Source: Azolla caroliniana
Taxonomy: Eukaryota > Plantae > Polypodiophyta
DNA: 64,000 bases
Reading direction: 5' to 3'
NCBI GenBank assembly: GCA_043228905.1
Contig: JBHGNT010000009.1
Location: 10,106,001 to 10,170,000, forward strand
Part shown: one piece after another, positions 26,482 to 38,250 of the stretch
Position numbering within the stretch: position 1 is the first letter of the stretch
How the letters are laid out: the number at the start of each line of letters is the position of its first letter
Translations under genes and position numbers: made by a program
The notes under the pieces: generated by a model
Told to the model about the DNA's origin: nothing
The model's input: only the letters and a program-made list of their open reading frames with translations
The model's database searches: none

Positions 26482-28230
26482 TCACATGAGGTATGATCCG
26501 GAGGCATCGAGAGCAGCAGATTCTGCGTCTTTGTTGTAGAGGAGGATGGTGTACCACATGATGACGAAGGTCATGACGAAGAGCGCGATGGCGGCGAGGA
26601 AGGAGACGACGAGCCATGGGCGCGACAGGTTGGAGCTGTAGAACTCCGCCCAGTTCCTCCTCCACCGGCTCTTGCTGTAGTTGTGGAGCCGCGTAGCCAC
26701 CGACAGGTAGTGCGGCGAGAAGACGCATCGGCTCCTGCGGCAGAGCCGATTGAACATCCGAGCCACCTGCTCGTTGCTGTCTATGCTCACGCTCACTACC
26801 CCCTTCTCCACCAGCCTGTCCACGTCCGCCGGCGTGTCGATGAGCAGGTCCATGAAGTGCAGGTACGACACTATGTCGTAGTGGCTCTTCTTCCGCTGGC
26901 TATGGCTCTCGTACGCGATCAGGTTCTTGAACAGGCGCTCTGTGTTGTCGTCCACCTGGATCCTTGGGAACACCAGCCTGCCGCGGCGGAAGGACAGCTC
27001 CTTCACGCTGCCATGGCAGCTTCCCAGGGACACCCCCCTCTCCACCAGCTGGATTATACCTGGCAGATTGTCCAACGTCGTGTACGGATCCGTCGTCGCT
27101 TCTACTGAGTTCCTGTCTTCTTGACCTAATCCACTCGCCGCCGCCGCCGCCTCCGCCTCCCCACCAGATGCAGAGGCACGATTCGGAAGCAGATTGATGG
27201 CGTATGACTGCTTCTCTCCGCCACTGCTGCTCCTGACCATCAAGGAGTGCATCACATCCAGGACATGCGGCGCCTTGTCTGTGTCGATCTCCCTGATGCA
27301 GCCGAACACCTGCACCTTGGATCTGTAGAAGGGAAGCATCCTGTAGGCGAGAGCCGCCAGGTAGAGATCCAGCAGCTCCCCTGCCTCCTCCTCCGTCTCG
27401 CAGCCTGCGTCGATCTTCACCGCCTGCTTGACGAAGGCGAGCGGGATCTGGTTCTGGATGAGGAGGATGTCTTCCATGATGGCTTTCACGAGGTGGGGCG
27501 ACAGGATGTGTTTGTCGAGGTAAAGAGCGTTGGATTTGGAGCTACTGAAGACTCGGTTATTCAGTAGATCTGAGATGTGTTTCCGGACATGTTGTGGTTG
27601 CTGAAGCTTCTTGAGCTTGAGGAAAGGCCAGACTTCATGGAGGAGAGATTTGAGGAAGGCGGCGAGGAAGCAGGCATCGCGGGTAATGAGGAGCTCGAGA
27701 TCGATCAGTTGAGAGGGTTGGTATTTGCCTGCGAGATCGGCACGGCTGGTTAACCAGCTGTTGGTGGTGGGAGATGATAATCCCATGGCAGTAAGACCTG
27801 GGTTTGATGGACCAGCACTACTACTAAGCTCATTCTGTTTCTGCAGGGTTTTGCCATACTCATGGATGAGATCGTGGGGTGAGTAGAAGGATTGAAGGTA
27901 GGTATGGAAGCCATTGGGCAGGTTGTTGAGGAAGGATTTGAACTCCGCGTCGGACGCCGGATGGTCCACCAAGATGAACTGGTAGGCTAGCGATTTGATG
28001 CGGCTGAGCGTGGCGTAGAGATGGGAGTCATAGTAAAGCTTCCGGTCGAGGTAGGCTTGGAGAGGCCCGAGGGACAGCACTCGGGGCGAGAATGACGAGG
28101 CCGAAGCAGCCCCGGTATTTCTATGTCCGATGGGATCGGAATTGGAATCGGAATCGTGAAGGATGGTCGGCACTCGGAAGATCCACGACTCGTTTAGCTC
28201 GGCGACCGCCGTAGTTTGTCGCTGATACAT
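26482..28230 (-). CDS. DUF247 (UPF0481-like) family plant protein, intronless, ~582 aa, C-terminal TM helix
   Basis: IFRVP, FSPRVLSLGP, DACFL, DILLIQNQIPL, HVLDVMH, GRLVFPRIQVDDNTERLFKNLIAYE, VSYLHFMDLLIDTPADVDRL, W...Y.S.PW followed by a hydrophobic helix; first ATG at 28230 (MYQRQ); GC-rich codon usage against AT-rich flanks. Confidence 0.93.
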   Translation of the reverse strand: MYQRQTTAVAELNESWIFRVPTILHDSDSNSDPIGHRNTGAASASSFSPRVLSLGPLQAYLDRKLYYDSHLYATLSRIKSLAYQFILVDHPASDAEFKSFLNNLPNGFHTYLQSFYSPHDLIHEYGKTLQKQNELSSSAGPSNPGLTAMGLSSPTTNSWLTSRADLAGKYQPSQLIDLELLITRDACFLAAFLKSLLHEVWPFLKLKKLQQPQHVRKHISDLLNNRVFSSSKSNALYLDKHILSPHLVKAIMEDILLIQNQIPLAFVKQAVKIDAGCETEEEAGELLDLYLAALAYRMLPFYRSKVQVFGCIREIDTDKAPHVLDVMHSLMVRSSSGGEKQSYAINLLPNRASASGGEAEAAAAASGLGQEDRNSVEATTDPYTTLDNLPGIIQLVERGVSLGSCHGSVKELSFRRGRLVFPRIQVDDNTERLFKNLIAYESHSQRKKSHYDIVSYLHFMDLLIDTPADVDRLVEKGVVSVSIDSNEQVARMFNRLCRRSRCVFSPHYLSVATRLHNYSKSRWRRNWAEFYSSNLSRPWLVVSFLAAIALFVMTFVIMWYTILLYNKDAESAALDASGSYLM

Positions 28231-29202
28231 CCTTGCTCTCTCTCCTAATATGAAAATTTGGAGACTCACTCTCTTGATATATGTGTAGTTGTTTTCTTCT
28301 CTACTACCAACCACTAAATTTAGTGTTCTTATGCTTATACATATATACACACAATTCCTATCCAAGTCCAAGTTGTATGTCAAGTGCTTTGAATCTTCCT
28401 ATTATTTTTAAATGATCGATCGTTTTGTCGTCGATGTGTGAGCACTAACATGGATGTCCCCAAGTCTATACCTTGTCACTTACGAAAGTTGTCAAGCGTA
28501 TTCCGTATTGTTTTCGCAGGAACGAAAAGACCGCCACGTACTTGGCCCTTGGGTGCCCTCCAACCTTCTCTTAGCCTTTCCCTTTCCCTCCTTTTCCTTT
28601 CCCTTTGCTTTTGCTTTTCCTTTTTTGTTTTTCCTTTACCACACAACACATCACACATGCAATGCCAAAAGTCAAACATTTTGGTTCGAGTCTTGCACAT
28701 GGTTTTATCTTCTTTAAGTGGCACAACTATCATATGCTTAACAATGATTGCCAGGCACGAGTTTGTCCCCTTATACATATACCCATATCATATATGCAAT
28801 GCCAAGTCAATACTTTCTTTTGCGTCTCACGCAAGGTTTGTCTTTTGTCTATCCCATCCTATGATATAGCAATAGTGATTGTCAAATGTGGGATAACAAT
28901 TAGTTAGATGTTTGATCTCAAATTCCACGCAAATCATTATCTTATTTTTCATTAAATGGGAGCTTTTGTCATTATAGCTCGGCACCATTTTTGGGACTCT
29001 TCTAGTATCAACATTTTTTATTTATGCAAGCATGTCCATTTGATCTCATACCCATATTGGCCTACTTAGAGATGACAACCCATTACTTCTTCTTCTTCTT
29101 CTATACAAAAAAACGGATTCTTGTAAAACTCATACGTCTACTACTAAAAAATGTAGATTTTTTATATCATTTGGGCTAGAGGTTGAGGATAGACGAAAAT
29201 GG

Positions 29203-29290
29203 TGTCTTTCATTGCTTGATATCATTGAGATGTGCTTTCATTGCTTGATATCATTGAGATGTGTCTTTCATTGGTTTATATCATTCAATC
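29203..29290. repeat. Short tandem repeat, ~29 bp x3
   Basis: TGTCTTTCATTGCTTGATATCATTGAGATG repeated. Confidence 0.8.
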
Positions 29291-30069
29291 ATGGATTTCA
29301 TATATGCAAGACGTACGAGATCTTGTAAGGAGAAACTTGTGTCCTTTATAAATGGATCTTTTGAAATGCACAAGCACTTGCAGGAACCTACTAGTGGTAG
29401 AAAGAAAAAGAGAAAATGGTTATCTCTTTTTATCAAGTGTCATCCATAAATGAATTTTTCCTAGGGTTGAACTCGAAGAGCAAGGCATCTTTTTGTGAGC
29501 TTGTGCACATGGGTTCAAGTATCACTAGCCCACAGACTATTTTATTATATGTCCACACCAGATCTATGGGTTGAAGGTATGACTAAGTCTTCTTCAACAA
29601 CCTTACCAATCAAACTACAGAGTTTGATCACTTTGTCTCTTTCTCTATTGCTCTTCATAATTTATCTCATGTTTTAAAATCCTAACTACAAGTGTACTTT
29701 CTTTAGTCCAAACCCTAGTGGTTTTTATATTTCATGACACTTCCCCTTTTGTCTCTCTTTTGGTTAATAAACTCAACCTAATCATCTTCATTTCAGTTAG
29801 TAAATATCTATGCAAATAATGCATGATGATCAATTATTGATATTCTATATAGCACCAAAGAGGTTAAATAATTCACAAGAGTATTGTGAATTCTCTCATA
29901 TAATGTAAAGTCACACTTGTTGTGAATTCTCCACATATAATGTATAGTCATGCATCATGCTTGAATTTATTTGGTTCTTCGTCGACTTTTTCTTGAATGA
30001 GACAAAAAAACTTACATTCACATGTATTAACCCATAAACCTATGTGCAAACTAAATTTTCCTTTCTTAT

Positions 30070-30540
30070 TTGACAATAACACCTATGTTGATAATGTAGT
30101 TGTGTATAATGGAAAAAAACATATAGAGTACGTATATCACTTATTGTACACATCCCTAGTACATGCATAGATGTATGTTTAGACTAAGTCATAGAGTCAT
30201 AAGTTCACAAGAAAATTAATCAATTCCTTCAAAACTATCAATGCACTAAAAAACATAATATCTATGCTAATGTAATTGCGTACATATTTTACACATCCCT
30301 AGTAAATGTATAGATGTGTTTAGACCAAGTCATAAAGTTCACAAGAAAACTAATCATTTCATTCAAAACTTTCAGAGCACTAAAAAACATAACACCTATT
30401 TTGATAATGTAGTTGTGCACGATAGAATAACATATAAGAGTCCATAGGTCACGTATTGTACATATCCCTATTATATGTATAAATATATGTTTAGACTGAG
30501 TCATAAATTCACAAGAAAACTAATTAATTCCTTCAAATGC
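30070..30540. repeat. Degenerate AT-rich tandem repeat, ~135-180 bp x ~3
   Basis: Recurring ATAACACCTAT..TGATAATGTAGTTGTG, ACATCCCTAGTA and TTCACAAGAAAA.TAAT. Confidence 0.7.
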
Positions 30541-31709
30541 TCAAAGCCCATTTATCGTGACTTAAAAATAAATACCAAGGATTTTTTAAATCCTTCAACA
30601 CAAGCCCATTTATCATGACTTACATAATGCTTCTGGTGTTTTGTTAGAGAAATTTATGTCATGGACTAATTATCATCTTGGTCATATCCATGTGTCATGA
30701 TTGATGGATTATGGCTATGTTATTTAGGATTATTATTTTAGATAATTGTGGACATGAGTTGGGGTGACATTAACACACATGTACAACTATGAGGGCTTGA
30801 ATGTCAGCAACCGATGGAAACATTTTAGTCTCAAATCAAGTTCCTAATCAAACATTTATGTCCACATATGCACATGCATGTGTTTGAGGGGTGTGAGTGA
30901 CAAGGAATCTAGTGCATAGAGAATCAAAGTAATTATATAATAACTTTTAGTGAAGGTGGAGGAATTGTTGAAGCCATGTAGATAATGCCCCCATGAAATG
31001 GAGTGGAGGAAGCATATGAACCTTGTTGATTGTGTTAACTTGTGGAATGTGATATGAGCTCTGTAAGGAAATGAGAGATACACGATCAGAAAAGAGGAGA
31101 ATTGCAACTGCTATGTAATAGATAATAAGATGGGATTACATGCTAGAATACAACTACAAGGGTTAATTGTTACAACAACTAGAGCATACTAACACCACAT
31201 TCTAACGTTCCTACTTTCCTCTTTATATGATAGAGGAAGTGGAGGGAACGTTGGATCTGTTTGAAAAATACAGTTACTAATAAAAAGAAAACAATAATAG
31301 TTAATAATAGTAACTAATCTAGATGTGGTGTAGAGTTAATGTGGCAACTAAAAGTAGTTGCTTTGAAACTGTTTTGTTGTTTCTAACACCCTCTCGTAAC
31401 TCTAGCACCACATTTGAGGCCTACATGTTGGCAACAAGACCAATGTTTGACAACAGGCCCTGGTTTGGTCAAGAAATCCTCCCACATGTGGAGGGTAGGA
31501 GTATAGTCAAGGTGAATGGTACCATCCTCAAATAATTCGCACAAAAAATGATAGCGGGCCTGAATGTGCTTGTTCTGTTTAGTGATTTGTGGATTCCGTG
31601 CTATCACACCAAAGCTAGAACTCATTAATGTGGATAATGTTGAGTTCATCAAAAATGGATTTTAGCCAAAGCCCCTCTTTGTGACCAAGGTGGCAGCAAT
31701 ATACTCAGC

Positions 31710-32542
31710 CATAGAACGTAATATTCGTGTTCGTGCAAGCATTCAAACGTTTGGAAACGAACACATTTGAAAAGGGAAAAATATGTACTTTTTTTCATTT
31801 TTTTCATTTATTGTCATTACAAATTTAGCTCACCTTAGTGGTAAGGAGTCATGTTATTGTTGTTAATGTCTTGGGTTTTCATCTCTCTCTCTCTCAATTG
31901 TACCATGTCATAGCAAAATTTTATGTTAGTTTATAATAATAAATTTTTTCTTTCTCCTTTTATTATTAGAACTAAGCACAACCTAGTGGTAAGTTGTTAT
32001 GCTACTATTATTTGTGTCTTGGGTTCAATTCTCAACTTTCTCATATCCTCTTGTTAGTGTTATGTTCCTTTTTCTTCCTTTTCTATTTTTGTTATTAGAA
32101 ATTAGCTCACCCTAGTGGTAAGTTGTTATGCTACTAGTGCCTATGTCATGTTTTCTTCATATTCTCGAATATACATTTTATGAGTTTTTGAACATTTGAT
32201 TATAATTTATAATGACATATTTTGATTCAATCTCTATAGCTCATACTCATTTTTTTGTAAAGTTCTAAAGTGAGGATGATAGAGATGTCTTGATTCTTAA
32301 GAAGCATCCCAAAAGTATGCATGTGATACAATACAAATATTGCAACCATACTTATGTTGGTGGTTCACAATGGATTAGAGTCCACTTATTGGGATTGAGA
32401 GTGAATCAATATACAATATAGACCATAGTCAATCCAATCCAACTTGTCAATCCAATCCAACTTCAAGATGATTTACCATACACGTTTGATTGAATCATTC
32501 TCGAATGCGAATGCACGTATGATACATATGGTTCATTCTATG
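31710..32542. mobile_element. MITE/non-autonomous DNA-transposon-like insert in copia RNase H
   Basis: Interrupts the STEAE/YIAA motif; ends CATAGAA...TTCTATG; inverted subterminal ATTCG/CGAAT motifs; AT-rich interior. Confidence 0.6.
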
Positions 32543-34105
32543 TGTAACAATAACTCAGCCTCTGTGGAGGACAATGCCACCATAGATTGTTTCTATGTCT
32601 TCCAAGTGATGGCACCACCACTGAATGTAAAGAGATATCCGGATGTAGATAGTGAGGTATCTTTGTCACCACCCTAATCTGCATCTGTCCAACCATGTAG
32701 TGGAGCCACCATTCCACCTTTATAGAAGGGGGCAAGGCTTTGTAAGAGAGGGTCATATCATGTCACGTTTCAAGGCTTCCCAATGACGGGGACCTAGATG
32801 CTCCATAAAATGTGATAGAAAACTTGTGGAGAATGATAGGTCAGGGTGGGTGCAGCTCACTAAGTACCGCAAAGTTGAAGCAAACTACCAAGAATTTGGT
32901 GATATGGTATACCATTGACGCGTTGACTTCTAGAGTAAGAAAGTATTCAAGTTCTCCAAGGTGCTTGGTGGGAAAGGAAGTCTGTAACTCCTTGACAAAT
33001 TGAAGAATGTCATGTCGGGAGGTACCAACAATTGGTAAGTCATCCACATAAACTCCTAATAAGAGGAAATTGGAATCCTACTTGTAGATGTACAATGTTG
33101 GTTCTGATTGTAGTTGCATAAAACCCTTGTGAAGGAGAAAGGTATGGAGTTTGGCATACCATTGACGTGGTGATTGCTTCAATCCATAGAGAGGTTTATG
33201 CAATTTGCATACATAGTCGGGATGTGCACTATCTTGAAGTATTGGGGGTTGCTCCATGTAGGAAAGTTGTCTCAATGTCAACATTATGGAGTTCTAAATT
33301 TAAATATGCAGTAATGGCAAATATGAGACGGAGAGAAGTGAGTTTAAGTGTGGGAGAGAAAGTCTCATGATAGTTAGCCCCCGGAATCTGAGTAAATCCT
33401 CTACCTACAAGTCGATCTTTGAAGCGAATAGAATTGCCTTGAGCATCAATTTTTTTTGGAAATAACCACTTACAGGTAATAATATTTGATTTTGATTGTT
33501 TTGGAACCAAGCTCCATGTCTTTTTTTTGTACAGTGCATCTGCCTCGATTTGTATAGCTTGTAGCCATCTTTCCTTTTCATTGCTTCGGAGAACCTGTTT
33601 TAGAGTTAGAATAGGAGCAAAATCGATGCTTGCATCTTCGACATATGTGGCAAAGGCTGAAATGTCAGAGTCGATGACAGATTCAAAATACTTGTCGATG
33701 GCAATTGTAGTTTCATAAAGTTCTTGCATAGGTTTAGTTTTCCCCTGTTTTGCTCTACTCGCTGATTTTGTTATTCTATCATTTCTGTGGGGGTTTTCCT
33801 TTGAGCACCTAGGCAAGTGGCGCTATTGCGATGGCTATAGAAAGTAGTGGTCGAGATCGGTCACGTCGGTAAGTATTCCTACTCTCATATGTTTTGTGGT
33901 ACATGTGAGACCGTTTCTCCACCGTAAATGGAGATGATGAGGTTATTATATTTAGTGCATTAGGCTAAGAGCATGCAACAAGGTTGTTGTGACATGAAAC
34001 ACAAGGGCTTGAGTTCTCGATGGTTGTCCCTTGATGTTCGGATTTTGTGTGCATCTGTGATGGAGACTCTTTTGCTGCATCATAAGGAGATGTATCCGAG
34101 ACGAC

Positions 34106-34277
34106 TCATTTGGGTAAATACTGTTGTGCTCAGTTTCCACCAAGTGTGATAGACATCCGGGATCTTCTTCATCTTCACTAGTTATCGTATCTCCATTTGG
34201 GTAAATATTGTTGTGCTCAGTTTCCACCAAGTGTGGTAGACATCCGGGATCTTCTTCATCTTCACTAGTTATCGTAC
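34106..34277. repeat. ~87-bp tandem duplication in the copia INT-RT spacer
   Basis: CATTTGGGTAAATA.TGTTGTGCTCAG...CACTAGTTATCGTA present twice. Confidence 0.85.
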
Positions 34278-37200
34278 AAGGGACAACTCATCAAATTTTA
34301 CTGACCTACTGTAAATTATTTTACCTGTTTGTGGGTTGAATATTTTGTATGCTTTGAAGCATCTATCATCCAACTTTGATCTGTGATGTGGATTTACATA
34401 TACATAGGCTATTGCACTAAATTTTTTGAGATGGGAAACATCATGTATGTCACCATACCATAATGTAAATGGAATTTCGCCTTGTAATGCAATGTGAGAA
34501 GTCCTATTTTGCAGATAGCAGGTTGTGGAGATTGCGTCTTCCCAGAACCGTTGTTTCATTTGTCTCGTTTTGAGCAGACTACGAGCAACATTTAACAACG
34601 TTCTGTTCTTTCTTTTAGCAATGCCATTCTGCTGTGGAGGGTAGGGTACTGTTTTTTGATGAATTACTCCATTTTTGTTGAAAAAAATCTCCCATTCTTG
34701 GGATACATATTCTCCACCATTATCGCTTCTCACCTTTTTAATTGTTCTTGATGTTTGATTTTCTGCGAGCTATTTGTATTTCCAGAATGATGCAAATGCC
34801 TCATTTTTCGTTTCTAAGAAGCTGACTACTATGAATGTGGTAGTATTATCAATAAATGAAATGAAATACCTTGCTTTGGAGAGAGACAATACAGGAAATG
34901 GGCCACACATTTCTGTATGAACAAGTTGAAGTGGGAATTCTGTAATAGTAGATTGCTTTTGGCAAATGGTTGATGGGACATCATTCCGAACAAGCAGCTT
35001 TCACATATAGAAATAGTTTTGAAGTGTATTTTTGGTAATCCTTTCATTCTTTTTAGTTGTTGACACTAAAGTGCTGAAATAGTCATGTGACCAAAACGAC
35101 AATGCCATAAATATGTAGCTGAGTGCACTGATTGTTTCTTTGTTTGCACAGGTGCAACTAATGCATATGTTGATTGATTATGGACTGGATACCGATGTTG
35201 TTCTTTAGGACAGACCATCTGAATGGATGAGTTACCATCTTGAAATTGTAGAATTGCTTTATCTCTGCAAAATTGAATTGTAAGTCCATCTATTGTAGCT
35301 TGTACGACTGATAACAGATGTTTTGCCAATCCAGGCACATAATACACATTATGAACAGTAATTTGGTGATCTTTTGAAAGTTTGATTTTAATTGTACCTT
35401 TACTAATTGCAGATTTCTTTCCTTTATCACCAAAAATCACTTGCAACTGATTGGAGAGAACTTGATAATCTCCTAGCCAGTCTCTTCGGTATGTGAGATG
35501 GTGTGTGGCACCAGTATCCAGGTACCATGTGTCATAATCTGTTTTAAATTCTTCTAAAGTGACGTGGTATGCTTGAATAATGTTTCCTTCTTCTAGCATG
35601 TCGTCATAATCACCTCCTAATTCTGAATAGCATTTTGATTTATCATTAGATTTATCCTCTAAAATGACATTGTTGGCTTGTGGTTGTTTCTTATTTTCAA
35701 CAAATTGCTTGAATCGACATACCCTCTCGGTGTGCCCTTCTCTTTTGCAATATGTGCAGACTAGTTTGAAACCTCCACTAGGCTATTTTGATGAAGTTCT
35801 CTATGATTCATTTCCCTTTCTTGAATTAGAGACTTCAATGGATTTGTAATTGTCAGATCTAGGCTTGTAGCGATTGTTATATGACAATTTTTGTGGTTTG
35901 TTGGCTGCAGCAGTCATTGCCATTGAAGGAGTAGAATTTTTAAGTTGTTGTCATCGATTTTCATGATGAACTTTTGGAATTAGATCAGATAAGGAGTTAC
36001 CCTGGCTATTCATAGTGATGAAAGTATTCCAAGATTTTGGAAGTTTACTCAATAAGAGCCCAATCTTCATTTCTTTTGAGATTTCATTTCCGGTATTGGT
36101 GGCTTCTTTGAGATATGTCTCCCAGGCATCCAAGAAGGTAAGAACATCTTCTTCCTGCAAAACACACATGTGAAATAGGGTAGCAAGAGTATGGATTCTA
36201 GTTGTACCATCTTGTGGTTCAAACATCTGTTTTAGTTTGGACCACATTTCTGCTGTAGTTGTGAGTTTTCGAATGGCATTAACCTGCCTGTCTTCTACAT
36301 GTAGCAATATTTCAAGTTTTGCCCGTTTATCTTTGTTTTTCCATTCTTTCCATGCTTCTTATTGTGTGCCTTTTGGTGCTTGACAGGTTCCCCCGGTGAC
36401 TTCAAGTAGCTCCTCCAAGTCAAGTAGTCACTCCATCCTTGGTTTCCAAATTCTGTAGTTCTTTGCGTTAAGTTTATCTACCAAGTATTTTCTTGCCTAA
36501 GTGGAGCTTGCCATAATGTTGAGGTTGTTGTCTCGTTTTCTCTTCTTTCTTTTTTTCTTTTTTTTTTCCGAAGTGGAGTATGGAGTGGGAGGTATATTTT
36601 TAGGCTTCGTACTAACCTCGCTCTAATACCATGTAAAGAAATGAGAGATACATGAACAGAAAAGAGGAGAATTGTCGCTGCTATGTAATAGATAATAAGA
36701 TGGGATTAGAGGCTGGAATACAACTACAAGCGTTAATTGCTACAACAACTAGAACATACTAACACCACACTCTAACGTTCCTAGTTTCCTCTTTATATGA
36801 TGGAGGAAGTGGAGGGAACGTTGGATGTGTTTGAAAAATACAGTTACTAATAAAAAGAAAACAATAATAGTTAATAATAGTAACTAATCTAATGTGGTGT
36901 AGAGTTAATGTGGCAACTAAAATTAGTTGCTCTATAATTGTTTTGTTGTTTCTAACAAGCTCTAGAAGCGTGGATTCACTCTTAATGAGGCCCCACGAAT
37001 GCAAACGAATGTGAATATGAATACATGTTCAAGTATCGTTTTCTTTTCTTGTTTTCAAATTTCTTTTAAGTTGCTCGCAGGCAAGCAAACAACCAACAAA
37101 GAAGTTGCATCCTATGCATAATGATTACACCCTCGCCTCTCCTTGCATCCTATTCTCGGCCCACAAATTAGGGTTTTGATTGAAATTAGGGTTTCAGCTG

Positions 37201-37869
37201 AAACCCTAATTTCGGCCATATTTCTTTCCTATTCTCAGCCTATATCCTTGTCTTTCCTATTCTCAGCCTATATTCTCAGTTGAAGAAGTGTTGGGCCTAC
37301 AAACTCAAGGTTTTGTTGAAACCCTACTTTTAGCTGAAGCCCTAATTACTTAATTATTAGTGAATTAATTAATGTTTTGGTCAATAATGAATGTTTTAGT
37401 GATTTAATTTATGATCAGTCAATTAATTAATGTTTTAGTGAATTAAATCTTTTTTATTATGTAAATGATAATGTATTCTTGAATATGACAAATATCACAC
37501 ATAACAAATACCACCAATGTTTCAATCTATGAAGTCTCTTATCATAAGCCACCATAATGTAAGAAACATCAAAGTGGGGATTTAACACCTAAATTGACAC
37601 AAATGTGTAGACACTTTCAACGTTCATACCTTGCTAACAATAAGGAAATAATAAACGTCTACTTAACCAACATATAATTAAGTAGATATACGAAGGCATC
37701 AATAACATATAAATTACTCGACTATTGATTGATGGAAAAGAAATGATATGATGGTTGAAAAGTAGATTGTCGCATTGCAACCTAACACCTTTGAACCATC
37801 AAGCTTAAAACACTAACACAATGCTTAAGGTTATCTCTATAACAACAACTAAGAGAAAAACCTACGGGT

Positions 37870-38250
37870 TTCTATAGGTTACAAACGAGAAAGATGCTAA
37901 AGATTGTGTGGAGGGGGATGTTGTAGAGGTGGTGATGGAGACCAAGTCTATGTTAGCAACTTTTGACAGGTTTTATGATCGTGGTGTTATTTTTTATTTC
38001 ACTAGCAAACTTCCTTTGGTATCATGGATTAAGTTGTGGTTGAATTCATTCATAATGCCAAATTGTGTTGAGGATGTGTATGTGGGTCCAAGAGGTTTCT
38101 ATCATGTGGTTTTTCAATTGTTAGAACAACATACGACTTTTTCTGGCAAAGGTACCAATCTTTTTTTATTCAAGATTAGTGCATGTGATGGAATGATTTC
38201 TAGTGGTGGATTATAAAGATTTATTAAAACAACAATGTCCAATTTGGGTG
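37870..38250 (+). pseudogene. LINE ORF1-like fragment
   Basis: GVIFYFTSKLP...VEDVYVGPRGFYHVVF resembles plant LINE ORF1 N-terminus; LINE endonuclease lies downstream at 55100 in the same orientation. Confidence 0.5.

Larger units (their letters stand above)
31062..36957 (-). mobile_element. Full-length degenerate Ty1/copia element
   Basis: LTRs 31062-31388 and 36632-36957; TSD AGCTC on both sides; PBS TGGTATTAGAGC (minus, 36620-36631); PPT GAGAGGG next to 31388; gag knuckle, WYLDTGATHH, RSDNGGEY, CKWLF, LYGLKQSPRQWY. Confidence 0.93.

Noticed and set aside
28231-28383. N-terminal extension of the 633-aa ORF call
   Set aside because: It starts at a non-ATG codon in AT-rich, UTR-like sequence; the first ATG at 28230 fits the DUF247 N-terminus.
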